Under the pieces are notes generated by a model. It worked only from the letters and a program-made list of their open reading frames with translations, ran no database searches and was not told the origin of the DNA. A DNA stretch of 64,000 nt from Escherichia phage AV112. Made by a program: the position numbers and the translations under genes. Of the stretch, positions 1 through 12,082 are shown one piece after another. The stretch lies in sequence record OR352942.1; one strand, 5' to 3'. Within the stretch, counting starts at the first letter, position 1. Every line of letters starts with the position of its first letter.

Positions 1-2317
<2,317 letters not shown>

Positions 2318-2344
2318 AAATAAAGCAAATTAAGAGGAATTAAA

Positions 2345-4327
2345 ATGGCACTTCTCTCTCCGGGCGTTGAGCTCAAAGAAACTACCGTACAGAGTACTGT
2401 AGTTAATAACTCCACTGGTACTGCTGCCCTGGCTGGAAAATTCCAATGGGGACCTGCATTCCAGATTAAACAAATCACTGATGAAGTTGCATTGGTTGAT
2501 ATGTTTGGTACTCCTAATACGGATACAGCAGATTATTTCATGTCTGCTATGAACTTCCTTCAATATGGTAATGACCTTCGTGTTGTACGCGCAGTTGATC
2601 GTGATACCGCTAAGAACTCATCTCCTGTAGCAGGCAATATTGAATTCACAATCTCTGCTGCTGGTAGTAACTATGCAGTTGGTGATAAAATTATCGTTAA
2701 GTATTTGACCGAAACCGTTGAAGCAGATGGTTATGTCACTTCAGTTGATGTCGATGGTAAAATTCTTAACATTTATATCCCAACCGGTAAAATTATTGCT
2801 CGTGCAAAAGAAATTAATGAATATCCGGCATTGGGTTCTAATTGGACCGCTGAAGTTGCCAGTTCTTCTTCTGGACTTTCTGGCGTTATTACAATTGGTT
2901 CTATCGTAACCGATTCGGGTATTCTGTTAACTGAAGTTGAAACTTCTGAAGAAGCTATTACTTCTCTAACTTTCCAAGAATCTATTAAAAAATATGGTGT
3001 CCCAGGCGTAGTTGCTCTTTATCCTGGTGAACTTGGCGACCAGCTTGAAATTGAAATCGTATCTAAAGCAGACTATGACAAAGGTGCTTCAGCCCAGTTA
3101 AAAATTTATCCTGATGGTGGTACTCGTGCATCTACTGCTAAAGCAGTGTTTGGATATGGCCCACAAACTGATGACCAATACGCAATTATCGTTCGTCGTA
3201 ACGATGCTATAGTTCAGAGCGTAATTCTTTCTACTAAACGCGGTGAACGCGATATTTATGGTAGTAATATCTTTATTGATGATTTCTTTGCTAAAGGCGC
3301 AAGCAATTATATTTTCGCTACTGCACAAGGTTGGCCAAAAGGTTTCTCTGGCGTAATCAAACTGAGTGGTGGCTTATCATCTAATGAAACGGTTGACGCT
3401 GGTGATTTAATGGAAGCTTGGGATTTGTTTGCTGACCGTGAATCTGTTAATGCGCAGTTGTTTATTGCCGGTTCTTGTGCAGGTGAATCTTTAGAAGTTG
3501 CTTCTACAGTTCAGAAACATGTTGTAGCAATTGGTGATTCTCGCCAAGATTGTTTGGTTCTTTGCTCACCGCCACGTGCAACTATAGTCGGTATTCCTGT
3601 TAATCGTGCAGTTGATAATCTGGTTGATTGGCGTACTGCGTCAGGAACTTACACTGATAATAACTTTAATATAAGTTCTACTTATGCTGCTATTGACGGT
3701 AACTATAAATATCAATATGACAAATATAATGACGTGAATCGTTGGGTTCCATTAGCTGCTGATATTGCTGGTCTTTGTGCTCGCACAGACAATATTTCTC
3801 AGCCTTGGATGTCTCCTGCCGGTTATAACCGTGGACAAATTCTTAACGTTATTAAGCTTGCAATTGAAACTCGCCAACCGCAGCGTGATCGTTTGTATCA
3901 GGAAGCTATTAACCCTGTTACTGGTACCGGTGGTGATGGGTATGTTCTGTATGGTGATAAAACTGCCACTTCTGTTCCTTCACCATTTGACCGTATTAAC
4001 GTTCGTCGTTTGTTCAATATGGTTAAAACGAACATTGGTTCAGCATCTAAATATCGCCTGTTTGAATTGAACAACGCATTTACCCGTTCTTCTTTCCGTA
4101 CAGAGACTTCTCAATATCTACAGGGTATTAAAGCTCTTGGTGGTGTATATAACTTTAAAGTTGTTTGTGATACTACCAATAACACCCCAGCAGTTATCGA
4201 CCGTAATGAATTTGTAGCTACTTTCTACTTACAACCTGCCCGCTCGATAAATTATATTACGTTGAACTTTGTAGCAACAGCAACTGGTGCCGATTTCGAC
4301 GAACTAATTGGTACTGTAAGTGGCTAA
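2345..4327 (+). CDS. 18: Contractile tail sheath protein gp18
   Basis: 660 aa, T4 gp18 length (659) and sequence-like; preceded by TATAAATA late promoter and RBS. Confidence 0.95.
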   Translation: MALLSPGVELKETTVQSTVVNNSTGTAALAGKFQWGPAFQIKQITDEVALVDMFGTPNTDTADYFMSAMNFLQYGNDLRVVRAVDRDTAKNSSPVAGNIEFTISAAGSNYAVGDKIIVKYLTETVEADGYVTSVDVDGKILNIYIPTGKIIARAKEINEYPALGSNWTAEVASSSSGLSGVITIGSIVTDSGILLTEVETSEEAITSLTFQESIKKYGVPGVVALYPGELGDQLEIEIVSKADYDKGASAQLKIYPDGGTRASTAKAVFGYGPQTDDQYAIIVRRNDAIVQSVILSTKRGERDIYGSNIFIDDFFAKGASNYIFATAQGWPKGFSGVIKLSGGLSSNETVDAGDLMEAWDLFADRESVNAQLFIAGSCAGESLEVASTVQKHVVAIGDSRQDCLVLCSPPRATIVGIPVNRAVDNLVDWRTASGTYTDNNFNISSTYAAIDGNYKYQYDKYNDVNRWVPLAADIAGLCARTDNISQPWMSPAGYNRGQILNVIKLAIETRQPQRDRLYQEAINPVTGTGGDGYVLYGDKTATSVPSPFDRINVRRLFNMVKTNIGSASKYRLFELNNAFTRSSFRTETSQYLQGIKALGGVYNFKVVCDTTNNTPAVIDRNEFVATFYLQPARSINYITLNFVATATGADFDELIGTVSG

Positions 4328-4359
4328 TAAGACGCCTGATGGGCTATTTCGGTAGCCCA

Positions 4360-4367
4360 TATAAATA
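4360..4367 (+). promoter_or_regulatory. Late promoter TATAAATA (gene 19)
   Basis: Exact TATAAATA within extended motif CATATAAATATAACTATA. Confidence 0.7.
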
Positions 4368-4440
4368 TAACTATATCGTTTAAAAATTAATTCTATGGGC
4401 ATCTGGTTAATCCTAAGCCCATATTACTACAGAGGCTAAT

Positions 4441-4932
4441 ATGTTTGTAGATGACGTAACTCGTGCCTTCGAATCAGGTGATTTCGCTCGCCCTAACCTG
4501 TTCGAAGTAGAAATCTCTTATCTTGGGCAAAACTTTAGCTTCCAGTGTCGTGCTACGGCTCTTCCTGCTGCGATCGTTGAAAAGGTTCCTGTTTCTTATA
4601 TGAACCGTAAAATTAACGTGGCCGGTGATCGTACATTCGATGATTGGACTATTACAGTAATGAACGATGATGCTCATAGCATTCGTCAGAAATTTGTTGA
4701 TTGGCAAGGTATTGCAGCAGGACAAGGTAATGAAATTACCGGTGGTAAACCTGCTGAATATAAAAAGACCGCTATCGTTCGTCAATTTGCTCGTGATGCT
4801 AAAACGGTCACTAAAGAAGTTGAAATTGTTGGCTTGTGGCCTACTAACGTTGGTGAAGTATCTCTTGACTGGGACAGCAATAACGAGATTGAAACGTTCG
4901 AAGTAACTCTTGCTCTTGATTGGTGGGAATAA
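4441..4932 (+). CDS. 19: Tail tube protein gp19
   Basis: 163 aa as in T4 gp19; late promoter upstream; synteny. Confidence 0.95.
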   Translation: MFVDDVTRAFESGDFARPNLFEVEISYLGQNFSFQCRATALPAAIVEKVPVSYMNRKINVAGDRTFDDWTITVMNDDAHSIRQKFVDWQGIAAGQGNEITGGKPAEYKKTAIVRQFARDAKTVTKEVEIVGLWPTNVGEVSLDWDSNNEIETFEVTLALDWWE

Positions 4933-4980
4933 TCTGGTTGGGGAGAAATCCCCAGCTTCCCGTGATGACGGAGAAGTCCA

Positions 4981-4988
4981 TATAAATA
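4981..4988 (+). promoter_or_regulatory. Late promoter TATAAATA (gene 20)
   Basis: Exact TATAAATA, same extended motif as at 4360. Confidence 0.75.
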
Positions 4989-5016
4989 TAACTATAATTC
5001 CCATTCGGAGAATACA

Positions 5017-6588
5017 ATGAAATTTAATATCTTAAGTTTGTTTGCTCCATGGGCAAAAATGGACGAACGTGATTACAAAGACCAAGAAAAAGAAAATTTA
5101 GAATCTATCACCGCACCAAAATTGGACGACGGCGCTAAAGAATATGAAGTATCTGAAAATGAAGCACAGCAAACATATAATGCTATGTTTCAGAGAATGT
5201 TCGGTAGTCAAGAACCAGGGCTCAAATCAACCCGTGAATTAATCGATACGTATCGAAATTTGATGACGAACTATGAAGTGGATAACGCGGTCTCTGAAAT
5301 AGTTTCCGATGCTATCGTGTATGAAGATGATACAGAAGTCGTTTCTATAAATTTAGACAACACAAAATTTAGTCCAAATATCAAATCAATGATGTTGGAT
5401 GAATTTAATGAAGTGTTAAATCATTTATCTTTCCAACGTAAAGGTTCAGATCATTTTAGACGTTGGTATGTGGATTCTCGAATTTTCTTCCATAAAATTA
5501 TTGACCCTAAACGCCCTAAAGAAGGTATTAAAGAGCTTCGTCGTTTAGACCCACGTCAAGTTCAATATGTCCGTGAAGTTATTACAACCACTGAAGCCGG
5601 TGTTAAAATAGTCAAGGGTTATAAAGAATATTTCATTTATGACACATCACAAGAATCTTATGCTTGTGATGGTCGCATATATGAAGCTGGCACAAAAATA
5701 AAAATCCCTAAAGCCGCGATTGTTTATGCCCATTCTGGTTTAGTTGATTGTTGTGGTAAAAATATCATCGGTTATTTGCATCGGGCTATTAAGCCAGCGA
5801 ACCAATTAAAACTTCTTGAAGATGCCGTCGTAATTTATCGTATTACTCGTGCTCCCGATCGTCGTGTATGGTACGTTGATACAGGTAATATGCCTTCAAG
5901 AAAAGCAGCAGAACATATGCAACATGTTATGAATACGATGAAAAACCGTATTGCGTATGATGCTACTACAGGCAAGATTAAAAACCAGCAGCATATTATG
6001 TCGATGACCGAAGATTATTGGTTACAACGACGTGACGGTAAAGCGGTAACAGAAGTTGACACATTACCAGGTGCAGATAATACTGGAAATATGGAAGATG
6101 TACGTTGGTTCCGTAATGCTCTTTATATGGCTTTACGTATTCCTATTACCCGTATTCCAAGTGACCAAGGTGGTATACAGTTTGATGCTGGTACTTCTAT
6201 TACGCGAGATGAATTGACATTTGGTAAATTTATTCGTGAGCTGCAACATAAATTTGAAGAGATATTCCTAGACCCGCTTAAAACTAATTTAATTCTTAAA
6301 GGAATTATTACAGAAGATGAGTGGAATGATGAAATAAATAATATTAAGATAAAATTTCATCGGGATAGTTATTTCTCGGAATTAAAGGATGCTGAGATTC
6401 TGGAGCGTCGCATTAATATGCTTCAGATGGCCGAACCATTTATTGGTAAATATATTTCTCACAGAACAGCTATGAAAGATATTCTTCAGATGTCTGACGA
6501 GGAAATTGAACAAGAGGCTAAGCAAATTGAAGAAGAGTCGAAAGAGGCTCGTTTCCAAGACCCCGACCAAGAACAAGAGGATTTTTAA
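5017..6588 (+). CDS. 20: Portal vertex protein gp20
   Basis: 523 aa (T4 gp20 524); late promoter 29 nt upstream; synteny. Confidence 0.95.
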   Translation: MKFNILSLFAPWAKMDERDYKDQEKENLESITAPKLDDGAKEYEVSENEAQQTYNAMFQRMFGSQEPGLKSTRELIDTYRNLMTNYEVDNAVSEIVSDAIVYEDDTEVVSINLDNTKFSPNIKSMMLDEFNEVLNHLSFQRKGSDHFRRWYVDSRIFFHKIIDPKRPKEGIKELRRLDPRQVQYVREVITTTEAGVKIVKGYKEYFIYDTSQESYACDGRIYEAGTKIKIPKAAIVYAHSGLVDCCGKNIIGYLHRAIKPANQLKLLEDAVVIYRITRAPDRRVWYVDTGNMPSRKAAEHMQHVMNTMKNRIAYDATTGKIKNQQHIMSMTEDYWLQRRDGKAVTEVDTLPGADNTGNMEDVRWFRNALYMALRIPITRIPSDQGGIQFDAGTSITRDELTFGKFIRELQHKFEEIFLDPLKTNLILKGIITEDEWNDEINNIKIKFHRDSYFSELKDAEILERRINMLQMAEPFIGKYISHRTAMKDILQMSDEEIEQEAKQIEEESKEARFQDPDQEQEDF

Positions 6589-6818
6589 TGGACGATTTAA
6601 TTCAAGCTATTAAATCAAACGACCTCGTTGCTACTCGAAAGTTTTTTGAAAGTGCAATGGCAGAAAAAACGGTTCGTTTGATTGAAGCACGCAAAGCAGA
6701 AATCGCTTCTCAATTTTTGATTGAAGGCGAAGAACCTGAAGAAGAGAAAGCTTCGGAAGACGACGAAGACGAAGACGAAGATGATGACGAAGACGAAGAT
6801 GATGAGGACGATGAATAA
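6588..6818 (+). CDS. 67: Prohead core protein gp67 with poly-acidic C-terminus
   Basis: 76 aa; Asp/Glu-rich tail; start overlaps gene 20 stop; position between 20 and 68. Confidence 0.85.
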   Translation: MDDLIQAIKSNDLVATRKFFESAMAEKTVRLIEARKAEIASQFLIEGEEPEEEKASEDDEDEDEDDDEDEDDEDDE

Positions 6819-7243
6819 TGTATCTTATCCCTGAATCTTATGAATTGGTACTCGAAAATGTCGAAGCACTTATTCCTGAAGCACAGGGCCGAATCGATGC
6901 ATTGTCTTCTGCTCTCGATATTGACGATATAAATACTATTATCGAGAACATGCTTGAAACTGAAACGGATTTAGCTGTTGCAATGGCTTCCATTATTAAT
7001 GAAGAACAGTTAAATGAGTTTATCGTTAAACATGTTTCTTCTCGTGGTGAAGTCACTCGCACTAAAGACCGTAAAACTCGTGAACGTAACGCGTTCCAAA
7101 CAACTGGTCTTTCTAAAGCAAAACGTAGACAAATCGCTCGTAAGGTCGTTAAAGCTAAAAAAGCTAACCCTTCAGGCCAAGTTAAAGGCTTGCGTAAGCG
7201 TAAAAAAGCTCTTAAACGTCGTAAAGCATTAGGATTAAGCTAA
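6818..7243 (+). CDS. 68: Prohead core protein gp68
   Basis: 141 aa as in T4; basic C-terminus; synteny. Confidence 0.85.
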   Translation: MYLIPESYELVLENVEALIPEAQGRIDALSSALDIDDINTIIENMLETETDLAVAMASIINEEQLNEFIVKHVSSRGEVTRTKDRKTRERNAFQTTGLSKAKRRQIARKVVKAKKANPSGQVKGLRKRKKALKRRKALGLS

Positions 7244-7884
7244 TGAATAAACCCGAGTTACTTATTGAAACTTGGGGTCAACCCGGTGAGATTATTGATG
7301 GCGTTCCAATGTTGGAATCTCATGATGGAAAAGATTCTGGCTTAAAACCAGGGCTTTATATAGAAGGTATTTTTCTTCAGGCAGAGGTTGTTAACCGAAA
7401 TAAACGTTTATATCCTAAACGCGTTTTGGAAAAAGCAGTAAGTGACTATATTAAAGAACAAGTCGAAACCAAACAAGCCCTTGGAGAATTAAACCATCCA
7501 CCTCGTGCAAATGTTGACCCCATGCAAGCCGCTATCATTATTGAAGATATGTGGTGGAAAGGAAACGATGTATATGGACGTGCTAGAATTATTGAAGGCG
7601 ACCATGGTCCCGGTGATAAATTAGCTGCTAATATACGTGCTGGTTGGATTCCAGGTGTTTCCTCTCGTGGTCTTGGTTCTTTAACCGACACCAATAAAGG
7701 GTACCGTATCGTGAACGAAGGATTTAAATTAACCGTCGGCGTAGATGCCGTATGGGGACCTTCTGCTCCAGATGCTTGGGTTACTCCTAAACAAATATCA
7801 GAATCAGAAAATTCGGTGGAAATCACCAAAAACAGTGCTGATGAAGCATTTAAAGCTCTCGCAGAGAGTTTAAAAGCATTATAA
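7243..7884 (+). CDS. 21: Prohead core protease gp21
   Basis: 213 aa (T4 212); synteny 68-21-22. Confidence 0.9.
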   Translation: MNKPELLIETWGQPGEIIDGVPMLESHDGKDSGLKPGLYIEGIFLQAEVVNRNKRLYPKRVLEKAVSDYIKEQVETKQALGELNHPPRANVDPMQAAIIIEDMWWKGNDVYGRARIIEGDHGPGDKLAANIRAGWIPGVSSRGLGSLTDTNKGYRIVNEGFKLTVGVDAVWGPSAPDAWVTPKQISESENSVEITKNSADEAFKALAESLKAL

Positions 7885-7887
7885 ATA
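7880..7887 (+). promoter_or_regulatory. Late promoter TATAAATA (gene 22)
   Basis: Exact TATAAATA 31 nt upstream of start. Confidence 0.7.
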
Positions 7888-7917
7888 ATAATGTAATCTA
7901 AACCACAGGACACTAAA

Positions 7918-8730
7918 ATGATCAAAGAACAACTTTTGAAAGAAGCTCAAAACATCGAGACTTCAGTTGCTCTTAATAGTGTTTTCGAATCAGTAGAACT
8001 GTCTCCGGACGTTAAAGCTAATTTCAGCACTGTATTCGAAGCCACCGTTAAGCAGGAAGCAGTCAAACTGGCTGAATCTCATATCAAAGCCATCGCCGAA
8101 AAGGCCGAAGAAGAAGTTGAAAAGGCCAAAGAAGATGCTGAAGAGAAAGCTGATAAAAAATTGGCTGAACAAGCTTCTAAATTCCTAGACCATCTTGCAA
8201 AAGAATGGCTCGCAGAAAACCAAATCGCAGTTGATAAAGGCATTAAAGCTGATTTGTTCGAATCCATGCTTGGTGGTCTGAAAGAACTGTTTGTTGAACA
8301 TAACGTTGTTGTTCCAGAAGAATCTGTAGATGTTGTAGCAGAAATGGAAGAAGAGCTGGCCGAACATAAAGAAGAAACCGCTCGTTTGTTCGAAGAAGTT
8401 ACCAAACGTGATGCATATATCAATTACGTTCAGCGTGAAACCGCTATTAATGAAAGCGTAAAAGACCTGACTGAATCTCAGAAAGAAAAAGTTATTGGCC
8501 TGGTTGAAGGTATGGATTATTCTGACGCATTTGGTACTAAGTTAACTGCTATTGTAGAAATGGTTAAAGGTTCTACTAAAGAAGAAGCCGCTATTACCGA
8601 AAGTATAAATACAGTTGACAATGACGCTGCCGGTCTTAATTTTGTTGCCGAAGCAGTTGACACTACCACAACTCAGGTAGAACAGAATTCTAATGTAAGT
8701 TTATATGCGAAAGTCGCATCTCGTTTCTAA
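7918..8730 (+). CDS. 22: Prohead scaffold core protein gp22
   Basis: 270 aa, acidic coiled-coil-like; late promoter upstream; synteny. Confidence 0.9.
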   Translation: MIKEQLLKEAQNIETSVALNSVFESVELSPDVKANFSTVFEATVKQEAVKLAESHIKAIAEKAEEEVEKAKEDAEEKADKKLAEQASKFLDHLAKEWLAENQIAVDKGIKADLFESMLGGLKELFVEHNVVVPEESVDVVAEMEEELAEHKEETARLFEEVTKRDAYINYVQRETAINESVKDLTESQKEKVIGLVEGMDYSDAFGTKLTAIVEMVKGSTKEEAAITESINTVDNDAAGLNFVAEAVDTTTTQVEQNSNVSLYAKVASRF

Positions 8731-8747
8731 TTTAAAGGTTAACACAA

Positions 8748-10370
8748 ATGACTACTATCAAAACTAAAGCTCAGCTCGTAGACAAATGGAAAGAACTGCT
8801 GGAAGGTGAAGGCCTGCCGGAAATCGCTAATAGCAAGCAGGCTATTATCGCTAAAATCTTCGAAAACCAGGAAAAAGATTTCGAAGTATCCCCTGAATAT
8901 AAAGACGAGAAAATCGCTCAGGCATTTGGTTCTTTCTTGACCGAAGCTGAAATTGGTGGTGACCATGGTTATAATGCTCAGAACATCGCAGCAGGTCAAA
9001 CCTCTGGTGCAGTAACCCAAATTGGGCCAGCAGTTATGGGTATGGTTCGTCGTGCTATTCCTAATCTGATCGCTTTTGATATTTGTGGTGTTCAGCCTAT
9101 GAACAGCCCGACCGGTCAGGTATTTGCTCTCCGTGCAGTATATGGTAAAGACCCTATCGCTGCTGGCGCTAAAGAAGCTTTCCATCCGATGTATGCCCCG
9201 GACGCGATGTTCTCTGGTCAGGGTGCTGCTAAGAAATTCCCAGCTCTGGCTGCTGACACTACTACTGTTGTAGGTGATATCTATACTCACTTCTTCCAAG
9301 AAACTGGTACCGTATATCTGCAAGCTTCTGCTATCGTAACACTTGATTCTGGTGCGACTGATGCTGCTAAATTAGATGCCGAAGTTAAGAAACAAATGGA
9401 AGCTGGTGCGACTGATGCTGCTAAATTAGATGCCGAAGTTAAGAAACAAATGGAAGCTGGTGCACTGGTAGAAATCGCTGAAGGTATGGCTACTTCTATC
9501 GCTGAACTCCAGGAAGGTTTCAACGGTTCTACCGATAACCCATGGAATGAAATGGGCTTCCGTATCGATAAACAAGTTATTGAAGCTAAATCTCGCCAGC
9601 TGAAAGCTGCTTACTCTATCGAATTAGCACAAGACCTCCGTGCAGTACACGGTATGGATGCTGATGCTGAACTGAGCGGTATTCTGGCTACAGAAATTAT
9701 GCTAGAAATCAACCGTGAAGTTGTTGATTGGATTAACTACTCAGCACAGGTTGGTAAATCTGGTATGACCCTGACTCCGGGTTCTAAAGCCGGTGTATTT
9801 GACTTCCAGGACCCGATTGATATCCGTGGTGCTCGTTGGGCCGGTGAAAGCTTTAAATCTCTGTTGTTCCAGATTGATAAAGAAGCAGTTGAAATTGCTC
9901 GTCAAACCGGTCGTGGTGAAGGTAACTTCATTATCGCTTCCCGTAACGTAGTTAACGTACTGGCTTCAGTTGATACTGGTATTTCTTACGCTGCACAGGG
10001 TCTGGCTTCTGGTTTTAATACCGACACTACTAAGTCTGTATTTGCCGGTGTACTTGGTGGTAAATACCGCGTATACATCGACCAGTATGCTAAACAGGAT
10101 TACTTCACCGTTGGTTACAAAGGCGCTAACGAAATGGATGCAGGTATTTACTATGCTCCTTACGTTGCACTTACCCCACTGCGTGGTTCCGATCCTAAGA
10201 ACTTCCAGCCGGTAATGGGCTTTAAAACTCGTTACGGTATCGGTGTTAACCCGTTTGCTGAAAGTTCCCTGCAGGCTCCAGGTGCTCGCATCCAGTCCGG
10301 TATGCCGTCTATCCTGAACAGCCTTGGTAAGAACGCTTACTTTAGACGCGTCTACGTTAAAGGAATTTAA
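8748..10370 (+). CDS. 23: Major capsid protein gp23 (540 aa; carries internal 18-aa tandem duplication)
   Basis: T4 gp23-like throughout (T4 is 521 aa); C-terminus ...FRRVYVKGI; contains perfect 2x54-nt repeat at 9351-9458. Confidence 0.95.
   Translation: MTTIKTKAQLVDKWKELLEGEGLPEIANSKQAIIAKIFENQEKDFEVSPEYKDEKIAQAFGSFLTEAEIGGDHGYNAQNIAAGQTSGAVTQIGPAVMGMVRRAIPNLIAFDICGVQPMNSPTGQVFALRAVYGKDPIAAGAKEAFHPMYAPDAMFSGQGAAKKFPALAADTTTVVGDIYTHFFQETGTVYLQASAIVTLDSGATDAAKLDAEVKKQMEAGATDAAKLDAEVKKQMEAGALVEIAEGMATSIAELQEGFNGSTDNPWNEMGFRIDKQVIEAKSRQLKAAYSIELAQDLRAVHGMDADAELSGILATEIMLEINREVVDWINYSAQVGKSGMTLTPGSKAGVFDFQDPIDIRGARWAGESFKSLLFQIDKEAVEIARQTGRGEGNFIIASRNVVNVLASVDTGISYAAQGLASGFNTDTTKSVFAGVLGGKYRVYIDQYAKQDYFTVGYKGANEMDAGIYYAPYVALTPLRGSDPKNFQPVMGFKTRYGIGVNPFAESSLQAPGARIQSGMPSILNSLGKNAYFRRVYVKGI
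9351..9458 (+). repeat. Perfect 2 x 54-nt in-frame tandem duplication inside gene 23
   Basis: Copy 1 at 9351-9404 is identical to copy 2 at 9405-9458; encodes GATDAAKLDAEVKKQMEA twice. Confidence 0.95.
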
Positions 10371-10399
10371 TGCTTTAACGTTAAAATACATAACCTTAT

Positions 10400-10427
10400 G
10401 GGAGACTTCGGTCTCCCATTTTTGGTT
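10400..10427 (+). terminator. Rho-independent terminator after gene 23 (GGGAGAC-UUCG-GUCUCCC plus U-run)
   Basis: Perfect 7-bp stem with UUCG tetraloop followed by T-run. Confidence 0.7.
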
Positions 10428-10697
10428 TTATTTCTGTGCAATTTCAATGTAAGTTTTCAAAATATTTTGCCAATTAGGCATACCTTCTTGGACATATGCT
10501 GGAGAACCGTCTTTGTTTTTGAATGATGCAAGTTTATCAGTGGCCCAATAACCTTTAGCTCGAGCTTCAGAATCAACTTTCATCCATACTTTGTTGAAGG
10601 CATTACCATTAACTTTTGCACCATATTTTTCTACTAACTTAGCTGCTTCAGCTTCCAGAACTTTTAAAGTATCTCGTAAGAAACGTGCTTTAGTCAT
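10428..10697 (-). CDS. Hypothetical 89-aa protein, antisense to the late capsid operon (segD position in T4)
   Basis: ORF with GAGGAG RBS 7 nt upstream and early-type promoter GTTTAC-N18-TACTAT upstream; no nuclease motifs seen. Confidence 0.55.
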   Translation of the reverse strand: MTKARFLRDTLKVLEAEAAKLVEKYGAKVNGNAFNKVWMKVDSEARAKGYWATDKLASFKNKDGSPAYVQEGMPNWQNILKTYIEIAQK

Positions 10698-10724
10698 TTT
10701 GTTTACTCCTCTGTAGTTGATAAG

Positions 10725-10760
10725 TCTATAGTATCACATACCAAATACGTTGTAAACAAT
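10725..10760 (-). promoter_or_regulatory. Early-type promoter (-35 GTTTAC, 18-nt spacer, -10 TACTAT)
   Basis: Read on minus strand upstream of ORF 10428-10697. Confidence 0.6.
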
Positions 10761-10763
10761 CTT

Positions 10764-10771
10764 TATAAATA
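10764..10771 (+). promoter_or_regulatory. Late promoter TATAAATA (gene 24)
   Basis: Exact TATAAATA 28 nt upstream of start. Confidence 0.7.
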
Positions 10772-10798
10772 ATCTATATCACATAAGGAAAAAATGCA

Positions 10799-12082
10799 AT
10801 GAGTAAAATCCAAAAATTATTGCGTGAATCTACAACGTCTACTAGCAACTCAATTGGTCGCCCAAATCTCGTTGCTTTGACTCGCGCTACGACTAAATTA
10901 ATATATTCTGACATTGTAGCAACACAAAGAACTAATCAACCTGTTGCTGCTTTTTATGGTATCAAATATCTTAACCCAGATAACGAATTCACATTTAAAA
11001 CTGGTGCTACTTATGCAGGCGAAGTTGGATATGTGGACCGAGAAAAAATTACTGAGCTCACAGAAGATTCAAAAGCCACACTAAATAAAGGCGATTTTTT
11101 CAAATATAATAATATCGTCTATAAAGTGTTAGAAGATACACCGTTTGCAGATATTCAAGAAAGTGATCTAGAACTAGCTCTTCAGATTGCAATCGTTCAT
11201 TTAAAGGTACGGTTATTTTCAGATGCAGCGGTAACAAGCAAATTTGAAAGCTCTGATAGCGAAATTTCTGATGCAAGATTCCAGATTAATAAATGGCAAA
11301 CTTCGGTCAAATCTCGTAAACTTAAAACTGGTCTCACGGTTGAATTAGCGCAAGATTTGGAAGCGAATGGATTTGATGCCCCTAACTTCTTAGAAGATTT
11401 GCTTGCTACTGAAATGGCTGATGAAATTAATAAAGATATTCTTCAGTCTTTAATTACTGTATCTAAACGCTATAAAGTTACTGGAATTACTGACACCGGA
11501 TTTATTGACTTGAGCTATGCATCCGCTCCAGAAGCAGGTCGTTCATTATATCGAATGGTGTGTGAAATGGTATCACACATTCAAAAAGAGACAACTTATA
11601 CTGCAACGTTTTGTGTAGCCTCAGCTCGTGCAGCTGCTATTCTTGCTGCTTCTGGTTGGTTAAAACATAAGCCAGAAGATGACAAGTATCTTTCACAAAA
11701 TGCTTATGGATTCTTGGCAAATGGATTACCTCTTTACTGCGATACCAACAGTCCGTTAGATTATGTTATTGTGGGTGTTGTAGAAAATATCGGCGAAAAA
11801 GAAATTGTAGGGTCCATCTTTTATGCTCCATACACTGAAGGAGTAGATTTAGATGACCCTGAACATGTTGGTGCATTTAAAGTTGTAGTTGATCCAGAAA
11901 GCTTGCAACCGTCTATCGGATTATTGGTTAGATATGCTTTATCAGCAAATCCTTACACAGTAGCAAAAGATGAAAAAGAAGCGAGAATAATTGATGGCGG
12001 GGACATGGATAAAATGGCAGGACGTTCAGACTTGTCTGTTTTACTCGGTGTTAAATTGCCAAAAATCATCGTTGATGAATAA
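10799..12082 (+). CDS. 24: Capsid vertex protein gp24
   Basis: 427 aa as in T4 gp24; late promoter 28 nt upstream. Confidence 0.9.
   Translation: MSKIQKLLRESTTSTSNSIGRPNLVALTRATTKLIYSDIVATQRTNQPVAAFYGIKYLNPDNEFTFKTGATYAGEVGYVDREKITELTEDSKATLNKGDFFKYNNIVYKVLEDTPFADIQESDLELALQIAIVHLKVRLFSDAAVTSKFESSDSEISDARFQINKWQTSVKSRKLKTGLTVELAQDLEANGFDAPNFLEDLLATEMADEINKDILQSLITVSKRYKVTGITDTGFIDLSYASAPEAGRSLYRMVCEMVSHIQKETTYTATFCVASARAAAILAASGWLKHKPEDDKYLSQNAYGFLANGLPLYCDTNSPLDYVIVGVVENIGEKEIVGSIFYAPYTEGVDLDDPEHVGAFKVVVDPESLQPSIGLLVRYALSANPYTVAKDEKEARIIDGGDMDKMAGRSDLSVLLGVKLPKIIVDE

Noticed and set aside
4474-5004. 176-aa ORF antisense to gene 19, and similar antisense or out-of-frame track ORFs inside large genes (e.g. 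187-387, 2233-2563, 7446-7925, 8079-8423, 8739-9323, 9966-10391, 37495-37965, 40208-40732, 47571-48050, 49846-50233, 51426-51693, 57090-57368)
   Set aside because: Each lies entirely within a confidently identified conserved gene on the other strand or frame, lacks an RBS or promoter context, and has low-complexity or biased composition; treated as shadow ORFs.
6740-6818. GAAGACGA-type simple repeat at the end of gene 67
   Set aside because: It encodes the poly-Asp/Glu tail typical of this small prohead core protein; coding low complexity, not a separate element.
9351-9458. CRISPR-like or satellite repeat interpretation of the gene 23 tandem repeat
   Set aside because: Only two contiguous copies with no spacers, in frame within a conserved coding sequence; it is an intragenic duplication, not an array.
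10371-10798. Homing endonuclease (segD-like) in the gene 23-24 gap
   Set aside because: The only ORF is 89 aa and lacks GIY-YIG or HNH motifs; too small for a seg-type endonuclease.
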